Assembly: GCA_964106915.2 (NCBI GenBank)
Contig: OZ066922.1
Source: Podarcis gaigeae
Taxonomy: Eukaryota
Direction: 5' to 3' (one strand)
Length of the DNA stretch: 64,000 nt
Part shown: positions 25,721-36,573 of the stretch, one piece after another
Position numbering within the stretch: the stretch's first letter is position 1
Layout of the letters: every line of letters starts with the position of its first letter
Notes under the pieces: model-generated
Database searches by the model: none
Seen by the model: only the letters and a program-made list of their open reading frames with translations
Told to the model about the DNA's origin: nothing
Position numbers and translations under genes: made by a program

Positions 25721-28336
25721 TTTGGAAATTAGGTGCTCCGCTGCTTGCATAGTTCCTGTGACTTAGCAGAGTTTTCAAAGACATACAATAGGTGATGGAT
25801 ATCCCATGATGAAGAAAGCTACCTGTGGTACTCCTGTGTCCATCATGCCGCTCTTGAAGGCACGGAGGTCCTGCGAAAACAAGCAAGTTGGTTAGCCCAT
25901 TACTATATGATGCTGTCAGAACTTAATTCCAGAAATGATGCTGCCAATAAAAGCTATGATTCATTCACCTGTGTTGCTGTTATTACTGATACTTTGTGAA
26001 TAGAGTCTGCTTCCCTCAAACTCAGCTGTCTTCATAAGGGAACACACAATGGGAGGGAGCAGAAGGTTCTTTACAGTACCCCACTAGGGCTAAGAGACTG
26101 CATCTTCACCATGGTATTGCCCCTTGAACACCAGCAAGGGTAGCAGGATGGCCCCTGCAGTTCATGGTGCTGCTGGCTTTTCCTCCTAGGAATTGGTTGT
26201 ATGATAAATCAGGCTGCATGAATTGAAGGAGGAAATGGATGACATGTTCTGCTGAGGAAACACCACCTACTGGCAAGCAACCAGATGCATGACCATGTGT
26301 GCGTATGGCTGGTTGCAGTGGAAGGGGGTGAGCAAAATGGCTGGTATCCTGGGCCTCACTGAGGCTGACAGTTGGCAGAGTGAGTATGCTAGTCCTTTCA
26401 CTCCATTGGCAAGCACTCTCTCCTGTTTCAGGTGTGCATGTGTGTCTCCTCCCAACTCTTTCTCCTGGGAATCTAGCCCGGGATTGAACCTAAGATCGCC
26501 TGTGGTGTGTCTATGCTGTTTTCTAAGGCTAGAGCTCCATGTTGTTGAGTCCATCTAGTCCTGCCTACATGGCTTGTCCAGTAATCAGCATGCAAAAGAA
26601 CAAGGAGACTACAAAAGCCCCAGCACAGATTCTTCTTCTTCTTCCTCCTGAGTATAGTACTCAGTGGTATTCCTGGGTTCTAGATCTGCTTCCTCTCTCT
26701 TTCCCCATCCAAACACCCAGTTGTCAGTGGGGCACCCATACAATCATCTTTGCCCTTTAGGAGTCATCTCACCTGGGTGGGAAATTCACACTGAACTAGC
26801 CGTCTTTAAACAAACAAACAAACAAATGCTATGCTGCTGCCTTCTGTGGTGTGCAGCTTTCTGTTTTATGTGCTCCCACCCCTTGAAAAAAGCTTCCATC
26901 TTAATGTAAACACAAATATGAACTTGTTGTGTGCTATGCTCTGAATACACTGTGTGTGGGAAAATCTTTGGATTCATCCTGCATGTACGGCTCCTGATCC
27001 GAATCTTTTGCATTGTGGTATCAAAGTGGTATGTTCTGGTGGAATAACATTATCATGGCATTTCTGCTGCTGTTGTTAGTTTATTAGTGCCATTCCTACA
27101 ATGGTCAGTAGGGATGCCATTAGTTTGCAGTACCAGAATGTGTGGGTGGAACTTGTAGGGGTGCTATGGCAGTGCCTGCTCATACTGGTACATCGGCTTT
27201 TGTTTCTCATGCTATTCTTGTGCACAAGTTCATGACTACTTAATGTTGGCTTTAGTGCTGGCTTAGCAGGGCCAGAGGACTGGTCTGCCTGACTTACTAG
27301 CAGACATTCTGTGTGTGCACATTGTGTGTGTCTGGCAGGTGAAATTGTTCCCAAGGTGACTATTTTGTAAATGGTAGAAACACTATCCATTTCTGACATC
27401 TAATGCTATTACTGTGTTTTGCATATGATGTGTCTAGCTGTGTTAATGATCCAATCCCTCCTCTTAAGAGACCACAAAAGATGCTGTCCCAGGGGAAAGA
27501 AAACCATGAAGCTTCCGATTGGGATTGGATGCCCAGGGCATAATCCCACCATCGAAAATTAAAACTGGCAGATTACGTCCCTTCTAATAAAGTAAAGGTT
27601 GTCTCACAATTGCATTTCTGATTTTATAATCCAGTCATTAAAATACAAACATGGGACCTCTCTTTTTAAAAACCTTTTTTTATTTTTACCTTTTGTCACA
27701 CTTGTCATTTTTAATTGACTTGGAATATAGAAGTTGCATGCATTTGTGAAAATATAATTAAGCTCAACTTTTCATAGCCAGGTGCTTAGCCAAAAATGCA
27801 AAACAGATGAATGTTAGTTTAAGAAGAGCTGATTTAGCTAATGGCTGTCAATTCACAAAGGCTGCATTTATCACAAAAGAATATTGTAAATTATATCACA
27901 TGTAAATAAACTAGATGGTTTTTCTCGCTTGATCTGGAAGTGTTTTAAAGTGTGAATTTGCAAAAAGAAAAATGGAAAATACATGGGACAGAATTGTAAA
28001 AAAATTGGGAAATGCTGAAAATCGTAAACATTGGAAGAGAAAAAGACAGAGAATGAAATAATCATTTAGTATTTAAAAACTTTTATTAAACTAATGGTGC
28101 AAGATGAAAAAGGCATACATATTTGGTAAAAGCAACTATGACTATTTTTAGGAGCAGAGTAGTACTCTTATCTGTAAAATGTGTTTAGAGTAATATTCTT
28201 TTAAAAGAAAATAATCATGTCTGGTTTTTTCTTTTGTTTTTGTTCTGATGTTACTGTTTCATGGGAAATTAGTTAGTTGTCCCATAAAGGGATAAGATAC
28301 TAAAATGGGAAAGGATATATATCCTCCTTGCTTAGC

Positions 28337-28437
28337 TTGTTCTCTCTAGTGGCAGCTGATCTTCCCTGAGTAGATAAATGGGTAATTTCCCTTCCTCCGA
28401 CTGCTCAGGGAAGATCAGATGCTGCCAGAGAGAACAA
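28337..28437 (+). other. Long imperfect inverted repeat (37-bp stem, 27-nt loop); candidate pre-miRNA or tiny MITE
   Basis: Arms 28337-28373 and 28401-28437 pair without gaps: 32 Watson-Crick, 3 G-U and 2 mismatches on the + strand. Confidence 0.8.
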
Positions 28438-29765
28438 AATGAACTCGCCAGCAAAGTACAGTATAGGCTAGCCGCTAGCCAATTACAAAGCTAGCCAGAG
28501 TGAGTGAGTGAGTGAGTGGCAGCAGGGGCTTTTTCCTTGCTAAAAACACCATACAAGGTAAGGGTAAAACAAGTGATTTAAAGGTGTCCCCAGCTCTTTC
28601 TTTGATGCTGGAGAGGGATGGAGAGGTGGCTGTAAAAGGCACAGAATGACTGCAGCTGGAGAGGCTGCAATTTTTAGACTACATACTTGGGAGCAATCTT
28701 TTAGCAGATCCATAAATGTCAGTGGGATAGCTCTAAAATACATGGTTTAAAGACTGGCATCTTAAGCTTTACTTCTCAGTCTCTGAAGAAGTACACCCTT
28801 AGCAAAAGTCAGCCAGAGTGATTCTTTCCTTAATAATTAACTCATGGCTTAAAATAAAAAATAAAAAATCTTCATTGTCTTCTTGCATTGCAATCTGGTT
28901 TGGCAGATAATAAGGGCATTGTGCATATTGTGGAAAACAAAACCTTCCCTATTCAAGTTAATATTCGAAACTGAAATAAGAAGTTAGTTTTTAATCTTCT
29001 GTAGGTAGATAAAAACCTACCCCTCGGTGCCTCTTTTCCTTTCAGAAAAGCATAACTGCCTTTCCCAAATATGACATGTTAGATGATCCTCACTGTAAAG
29101 AAAAGTGCATTTACAGGTTCCTGATGTGACTGCTTCTACACAGAATCATTCTTTGTATGAGCATTTTGGGTCAGGCTGTGAATTTTCCTCTTCTTCTCCT
29201 TCCCACTAAAATCATTGAAATATATTCTGTCGGTCTTTCACATCAGAGGTGTAAATGGATTTCTTGAAAGTTTTTCTTCAGAATGGTAAAAGGCAATCAC
29301 TTTACAACTTTGACTCCATTACGAGCTGCAACACAAAGCTACAAAGATACCACCCTAACTTTGAGAATACTCTGCTGCTGAGTGACCTTGCCTCCACAAG
29401 GGCAGATACTGTACATACTCTGTCTGTGCAAAGAAATGCTTGGGCAGAATCTCTGTATGCTGCTTGTTTGATAGCACTTGCACAAGAAGCACAGTAGAGG
29501 GAAGAGCAGTCAAGTTTAAGTTTTGAGAATGGTTCTGTTTTACTGACGGCACTTTTGTGTGCCCTGTGGTGGAAATGAGATTATCCCTCTTTTTTCCTTA
29601 TTTTTTAATGACACCAGCATTGTATGGTCATAGTTAACATACTGTACAGATACTTATATTTGCTTTTCGGAATTTAGGCGTTTCATTATACAGTAGTATT
29701 ACAGTACTGAAATTGCAGTACTAAGGAAGAAGTTCTGAACAGCACTTATTTCCTCATTGGTAGTA

Positions 29766-30113
29766 CAGTGGTGCCCCGCAAGACGAACGCCTAGCAAGAC
29801 GAAAAACCCGCTAGACGAAAGGGTTTTCCGTTTTGGAGGCGCTTTGCAAAACGAATTCCCCTATGGGGTTGCTTCGCAAGACGAAAAAAATCTTGCATCC
29901 CCCCGCGGGTTTTTTTCGCTTTTTTCGCCCTTTTCTTAAGCCGCTTATCAGCTGTTCCGCTGATAAGCCGCTTAACAGCTGATCGCTGGAAGCTGCTTGA
30001 CAGCTGTAGCGCTAATCTGCTAAGCTGTCAATGGGCTTGCTTCGCAAGACGAAAAAACCGCTATACGAAGAGCCTCACGGAACGGATTAATTTCGTCTTG
30101 CGAGGCACCACTG
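29766..30113. mobile_element. Tc1/mariner (Tigger-like) MITE, CpG-rich and young
   Basis: TIRs cagtggtgccccgcaagacgaa / ttcgtcttgcgaggcaccactg (21/22). TA TSD. Internal repeats of gcaagacgaa. Confidence 0.9.
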
Positions 30114-31345
30114 TATTTGGCTCCTGAGGAAACAGGCAACGCAACATAACCTCTTAAAATATTTAGCTTTTAAAGCTTTTATACATAGACAGTGACATAG
30201 ACAGCAATGCATTTGAGTTCAGAAGAGATGCAGTTTTTAGTTACGCTGTGCAACTTTCAGCATACATTTGTTTATATTTTTAACAAAATGCAACTATCAA
30301 ATGAATCTCTGGATATATAATTCTATATGTAGCAAAATATTTAGTTTGGGTCCTCCCTAATTTTTTCATGTGCTTTGTTCTATATCACCCTACCCCCTAT
30401 ATGTTGTCATGTACATCAAAATTCGATAAGTTGCTGATAAAGGCTTCAGACACCTTGTAAAGACCTGCATTTTCTCCCAGGCTTTCCCTGACCCATAAAA
30501 TCAGACCCTTTTATGTTTCTGAATCTTTCTGACTCCTGTTTTTATTTATTTTTTTAGTTACTTTTGCTTTGCTTTTTTATTGGTTTCAGGTTGTATCTGT
30601 GTTTTCATGATATTGTTTGCTTTTTATATTGCACACCACTTAGAGATTTTAAAATATTAAGCTGTTTATAAATGCTTTTAAGTAAATAAATGCCATTTCC
30701 CCCTTAGATTCTAAATATGGGACAAGAGGCTCATATACTGTAAGACCCTTGGGTAATCGTTTAGGCTTAGCTGAGTTTCCATCACAGAACAAAATTTGCC
30801 CCTATAAATAACTGGCATAACCCCACCCTATGACCCCCACAACACATGCCAGAGACCTGCAGGAATTATCCAGTGTGTGCCAATATTTCAACAAAACCAG
30901 CTGCCTGGAAATTGGTAGAACTAAACAAGTTCTTCTCCCTCAGTCCTTTCCTGACAGTGACATTAAAGACATTAAGAAAGTAGATAGTTAAAATCTGTTG
31001 AATTATTGTAATGGAGGGCAAAACATATGTTTCAAAAGTAGTTTCTACTGTATAGAACAATCTCTTTCCAAACACATGTGAAATATAGATGTTTTGTGCT
31101 TTCGCCACAAGCGAAAGAGAATGAACAGAATTGTCTGGTCATTTTTTTCTCCTGCCTCCTCTTTCCTCCCCTCTGTTTTCTGGAAGCTCACCTGATCTTA
31201 GCTTTTTATCCTACCTTCAGACTTTCTGTCGTGAAAGTCAAAAGCATTTTAAATTTGAGCAAGCGTATGGTGGCTGGGGTGAAAACCAATGTAAGGCCGG
31301 CATTTTATTTAATTGTATCTATTTCATTGTAGCTGATCTGTATAC

Positions 31346-31555
31346 CAGTGTGTTATAATTGAGTGTCAGAATGGGGACTGGGAGACTCAGGTTGAAATCC
31401 CCACTCAGCCAGGAAGCTCATGAGGTTACACATTCTTTGAGCCTCACTGGCTTGTTGTGAGGATAAGATGGGGGAAAGAGAAACCTTTTATATCACACTA
31501 AGCTACTTCCTGTAGTAGAAGAGTAGGACAAAAATGTTCTCTATGAAATAAATAA
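31346..31555 (+). mobile_element. Degenerate Squam3-like / CORE SINE
   Basis: B-box-like ggttgaaatccccactcagcc, ttgtgaggataa, aataaataa tail. Similar to 24531-24740. Confidence 0.6.
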
Positions 31556-31859
31556 GGGTGCACAATTATAACTTGTGTTAAACATTTATATATGTTTATA
31601 TATGTTAACAGTAACAAGTGCCCTTAGTTATCCAAGTGCCCTTTGCATTCATTGGTGAAAAAACTAGAGCCACTGAGTAGACTATTTAATCTGTGCATTT
31701 CTCCCTATATGTCCACAAATAGAAGGTCTGCATTCCAGCAGACTCTCTGAGGAGCCCAGGTCCCTACAGGCTCTCATGTGCCTCTGGCATGAAATACAAA
31801 TAAATATATGGTCCAAAATAGAAAAGCCTGTGTCCTGAACTGGTGTAAGGAATCCAGAT

Positions 31860-32085
31860 TTTTGTTATTTTTATTTCAGTTCATAGCCTCCCCTGTCCCA
31901 AAGGTCCATAGCAGCTAACAGCATGTGCATTTTATGTAGAGCCCTTGCCTCACCCTTCTTCACAACAAACTTGTGAATGGAGGTCATGAATATTTCCTTT
32001 TACGAGTGTGGAACTTAAAACTGAGAATGACATGTCAAGGTAAATCAGGGAAATATGGTAGAGCAGGGATTTAAACCCAGATCAA
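31860..32085 (-). mobile_element. MIR-like CORE SINE remnant
   Basis: cacaacaaacttgtga...ttttacgagtgtggaacttaaaactgaga...agagcagggatttaaacccagatc parallels the reverse complement of the MIR consensus. Confidence 0.55.
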
Positions 32086-32927
32086 AGACTGTGGACTACT
32101 TTGGGTTTTGTTTAAACACATGCACACACATATATACAGATTAGTCCTTTCTAATGCAGAAAATTGTAATGCAGAAAATTATATCTAATAGATATATTTT
32201 TGGGGGGGAATAACCTTAGTTTTTAATGGAAGGGCTAAGTAAGATCTGTGAATTAATATGCATTAAGTAGCAGGCTGTTTTATTAATTTATGATAAGTAT
32301 TGAAGTATGACGGAGTGGGTGAAGTGAGAATTACCATTTGCTGCTGTGAAAATGATGCTTGTCATGTTATCTCCCAATCCTAAAGCGTTGTCTTAAGCTT
32401 TGTCTTCATGAGACTTAAAATCTTGTATTATGCCCAGTGATCAGCCTTAAACCTCTTTGCTGTCACTGAAGAAAACAAATCTTTTGCCTTTCTTTGCCTG
32501 GGGGATGTGGAGAGCTGAAGTGGTCCTATGTGACTAAATTAGATGAAAGACTTGCCTTCCCACCACGGAGACACAGAGTCTAATCAAGTGAAATGAGTTC
32601 TGAGATCTCCACTCACTTCCTAGAGGATATCAGTTTACATTACAAAATCACGCGACACCTAATTCATCACAGTTGATGCAGACTTTACTCGAGAGAGGGC
32701 CACAGCTCAGACAAGGATAGTAAACCACCTGTCCCCTCTGTGGAAGGTTTGATTATTAAGGCAGTGGGAAGCAATGGTGGGAAGGGTCTTTTGACCTGTA
32801 TTTTATGTATTTTACATAAAGGGAGAGGGAGATGTCAGACTTAAAAGTGGAAAGATTTATACTTTTAATTATAGTTAACATAGATCATTCCCACCCCTTC
32901 ATCTACATATGAAGCTAAACTTTTTCT

Positions 32928-33579
32928 TTTGTTTTTTCCAATTTTTAAAATTAAATTTTCCACAATTATAACAAAATACAAAAAGTGAAGGGAAAAAAAG
33001 AAACATACCAAAGGGGGGGAGGGGAACAGTACAACACATTACAAGAGAAATACAACCAAAACCACACCATAAAAAAGGAAAAATAATCTTAATACCTTAA
33101 AACCCAACCTTGCTTACATATTGATTGATTTCCTCTAATCCCTCCCTTCTGAATTTCCTTGTATTTGAATGTAACAGCTTTCCAATATCATTATTAAACA
33201 TCAATATTCCAATTATAATCAAATTTGTTCACTTTTCTTACTATTCTAAATCCCATTTATATAATTGAATCCTAATTTAATCCTAGGCCTTTTTGGTACT
33301 TTCAAGTAGTTTCTAAGTTTTTTATATTACAATATTTATTCAAATAGTCCTTAAATTTCCTCCAATCTTCTTGGTATTCCTCTTCTCTTCTCTCTGGTCG
33401 CGGATTCTTCCCGTCAGGTCAGCTAGCTCCGAAAAGTCCATCATCTTCATCTGCCAATCTTCCACTGTTGGTAATTCTTGTGTTTTCCAATTTTTGGCTA
33501 GTAAAATTCTAGCAGCTGTTGTGGCATACAAAACCAATTTAACATCTTTCTTGGGCAATTCCAAACCTGTTATTCCAAG
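32928..33579 (-). mobile_element. 5'-truncated L1-clade LINE
   Basis: Perfect 18-bp TSD tgaagctaaactttttct (32910-32927, 33580-33597). T-rich left end is the poly(A) tail. The minus-strand ORF contains YATTAARILLAKNWK...DWQMKM, typical of L1 ORF2 C-termini. Confidence 0.85.
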
Positions 33580-33796
33580 TGAAGCTAAACTTTTTCTGTT
33601 TGTTGGCACAGAAGTGTTTTAAAAGTTGTATATCAGTTCAGCATCACAAATCATGGTTGTATGTTACCAGAAAAGTGACATTGCAGTGGCTTTGTAAATA
33701 GATGCCCAAATGTTTTTCAGGGTGATGTCTAATGTCTTCATGCTTCCATATTTGGTGTGGTGAAGAAAAACTAATCAACTTCTTGATTTCTTTCAG

Positions 33797-33832
33797 GGCA
33801 TTGTGATAACTCCCTTACTCCTGCTGCTTTTT
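33797..33832 (+). CDS. SLC10A7: SLC10A7 coding exon (human exon 6 equivalent), 36 bp, GIVITPLLLLLF
   Basis: Acceptor ttgatttctttcag|GGC and donor TTT|gtgagt. Phase 0-0. The translation matches recalled vertebrate SLC10A7 and joins in frame to the next exon. Confidence 0.93.
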
Positions 33833-35657
33833 GTGAGTATCTTAATATTGCTTTTCTTTCTGTCATCATCACATTGACTGTTAAGTAGTGTCATATTAGA
33901 TGTGGAAAAGGGGCCATTTTGAATGTTCCAGACTATTTTCAATGATCAAATACACATGATTAGTTCTTGACAACTTTCTAAGTTGATATAAATAAAAATG
34001 TGTCATGGAAGAAGTTATCACCATGTGCTCATCTAGATTAGCAGTTGCATTGATACCAAAACAAGGAGCAGCATTAAATGGCAAGTAACTTACTGGAAGA
34101 TCTATCTTCTCCTATGTAGGCAGTATCTGCTCTAGATTTTGATTTGATTCCTTATACTCCTATGCTGCTTATCATTCAAATGAATCCCAAAGCAGTTTGC
34201 AAACAGTAAATAACAGTAACATGTTACAATGTAATAAAACATCATAAATACAGCATGGATCGTACGGAATAATTAACAAATCATCAGTGAAACAATTACC
34301 TTCTTTATAACACTGTTAACAAAGCAACTACTAAAAAATAAACTAGACATCACAATTAAAGCAAAAGTCATATGATCAATACATTATTTATAATTTACAA
34401 AGCAATATTAGCAACGTTAACAAAATAGCAGGCAAAAAGAAAACGTTTGCACACACACTCCACACCCCCTTGACTCATAATCTTTCAGTCTATTCTGCTC
34501 ATTAAAATACACATAGAAATAAGGCCTGTGATAGCAACCTCCTCCTAAAGGTTCCTCTGGCTGGAGATTGGGCAGCAGAGATGAAACCAACCACCCTCTG
34601 ATGGCAAACAGATTAAGAGGGGCCCTTAGACAATATAATGGAAATGTAAGACTTGGCAGGATTTTGTTTTTGTAAGTAACGGGATAAATGTGCTTTATAT
34701 CTGTATAGTTGAAAAAAGAAGAAATATATTTGTGATTTTCAGGTTGCCATTTTTAAGTACAAGATAGGGAACCAATAAATATGTATTTCTAAATCCTTGC
34801 CTGCTCTTTTGACTGAGATAAACAATAAACTTCAATGGAGATGTTAAAACACACAGAGAGAGCTAAAATGGTGAACAGTTTTTTTTGTGTTTATCAGGAC
34901 TATTATCTTGTATGGTGACAAATTGCTAAAGCCATTGGGGCTATTAACCAAATTTTGCTCACATTTACCTGCTGCTGGCCTTCAAATCAGGAGGCATATT
35001 TGTTCAACCATCTATTAGTTTGGTTGAATTATATTCCTAGAATGAAACCAAGAGACTTTATTCTGTGTTTCTCAAATGTCGTCTTTGTTGCTTGGTGCTC
35101 TGTATGTGACTTTGAAAGAGGGATTTCAGAGGAACGTTTAACAATATATTTAATTCTTATTTCAACCCTGCTGAAATAAGTAGCTAATTTCCCATTTGGT
35201 TTACATGGCTGTAGATGTGTAACAAGGGAGAAAGGAAATGACACAAAGAGAAAATCAGCTATGAATTATAACTTAGAAATCTCCAGAGAGGAAATTCTAG
35301 GTATGGTCTACTATATAGAAAATGTTTTTGTTTACCTGTGTTTAACCTAGAAGGGTTTAAATATCCTAGAAAAGGTTGTAATTTAGGATTCCATATAGTG
35401 AATTGAAGTGCTACCCTTAGAAGAACTAAGTGAAATTTCTTTATGCGTTGCTTAGCTCCCTACACATATTTTTCTGGTTTACCTGACACTGACAATGCTG
35501 GGTAATATAGCAAAATTGGAACATAAAGTTAGTTGAGACTGCCAGCACTCCCTCAGCCTTTGACTGCACCAAATCCCCAGATCAAATGCAGCAATTAAGA
35601 AAAGAAATGTGGACTTTCTTGTCTGTCAAATTTGATCACTTGTTCTGTTTGAACTAT

Positions 35658-36027
35658 GGGACGCAGGTGGCGCTGTGGGTTAAAGCCTCAGCGCCTAGGA
35701 CTTGCCGATCGAAAGGTCGGCGGTTCGAATCCCTGCGGCGGGGTGCGCTCCCGCTGCTCGGTCCCAGCGCCTGCCAACCTAGCAGTTCGAAAGCATCTCC
35801 GGGTGCAAGTAGATAAATAGGGACCGCTTACCAGCGGGAAGGTAAACGGCGTTTCCGTGTGCGGCTCTGGCTCGCCAGAGCAGCGATGTCACGCTGGCCA
35901 CGTGACCCGGAAGTGTCTCCGGACAGCGCTGGCCCCTGGCCTCTTGAGTGAGATGGGCGCACAACCCCAGAGTCTGTCAAGACTGGCCCGTACGGGCAGG
36001 GGTACCTTTACCTTTACCTTTACCTTT
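35658..36027 (+). mobile_element. Sauria SINE (Squam1), full length and young
   Basis: Head gggacgcaggtggcgctgtgggttaaa, B-box ggttcgaatcc, (ACCTTT)4 tail. TSD tctgtttgaacta / tctgtctgaacta. Confidence 0.92.
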
Positions 36028-36065
36028 TCTGTCTGAACTAATGGAGGTGTGTTTCAGAATACATT

Positions 36066-36573
36066 AAGGGTAAAGGTAAAGGACCCCTAACAGTTAAGTC
36101 CAGTCGTGAACGACTCTGGGGTTGCAGTGGTCATCTTGCTTTACTGGCCAAGGGAGCCAACAGTTTTTCCGGGTCATGTGGCCAGCATGACTCAGCCGCT
36201 TCTGGCAAAACCAGAGCAGCACACGGAAATGCCGTTTACCTTCCCACCAGAGCAGTACCTATTTATCTACTTGCACTTTGACGTGCTTTCAAACTGCTAG
36301 GTTGGCAGGAGCAGGGACCGAACAACGGGAGCAGTGGTGTAGCGTGGGTTGTCAGCACCCGGGGCAAGGCAAGTAATTTGCACCCTCTAACCCGTGGATT
36401 TGCGCCCCCTACCCCTAACCCCCAGATGTTGCACCCGGTGCAGACGGCCCCCCTGCACCCCCCATGCTACGCCACTGAACGGGAGCTCACCCCGTCATGG
36501 GGATTTGAACAGCCGACCTTCTGATCGGCAAGCCCAAGGCTCTGTGGTTTAACCCACAGCGCCACCCGCATTC
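36066..36573 (-). mobile_element. Sauria SINE (different subfamily), interrupted by a hAT MITE
   Basis: (AAAGGT)n tail at left, ccgtttaccttccc...ctatttatctacttgcac body, head reverse complement tttaacccacagcgccacc at right. Confidence 0.9.
36332..36477. mobile_element. hAT MITE (146 bp) nested in a Sauria SINE
   Basis: TIRs cagtggtgtagcgtggg / cccatgctacgccactg (15/17). Perfect 8-bp TSD aacgggag (36324-36331, 36478-36485). Confidence 0.9.

Noticed and set aside
29766-30113. CRISPR-like repeat array (repeated gcaagacgaa)
   Set aside because: Short, irregularly spaced subterminal repeats in a eukaryotic MITE; no spacer structure or cas genes.
1-33796. SLC10A7 exon 5 (AAAIFNSAFGSFL-like) or a nested gene in the long intron
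   Set aside because: No matching coding sequence with splice sites was seen by eye. The exon probably lies upstream of the window, although a very small diverged exon could be missed.
35658-35740. tRNA gene
   Set aside because: The A/B boxes belong to the SINE head, which continues into SINE body and tail.
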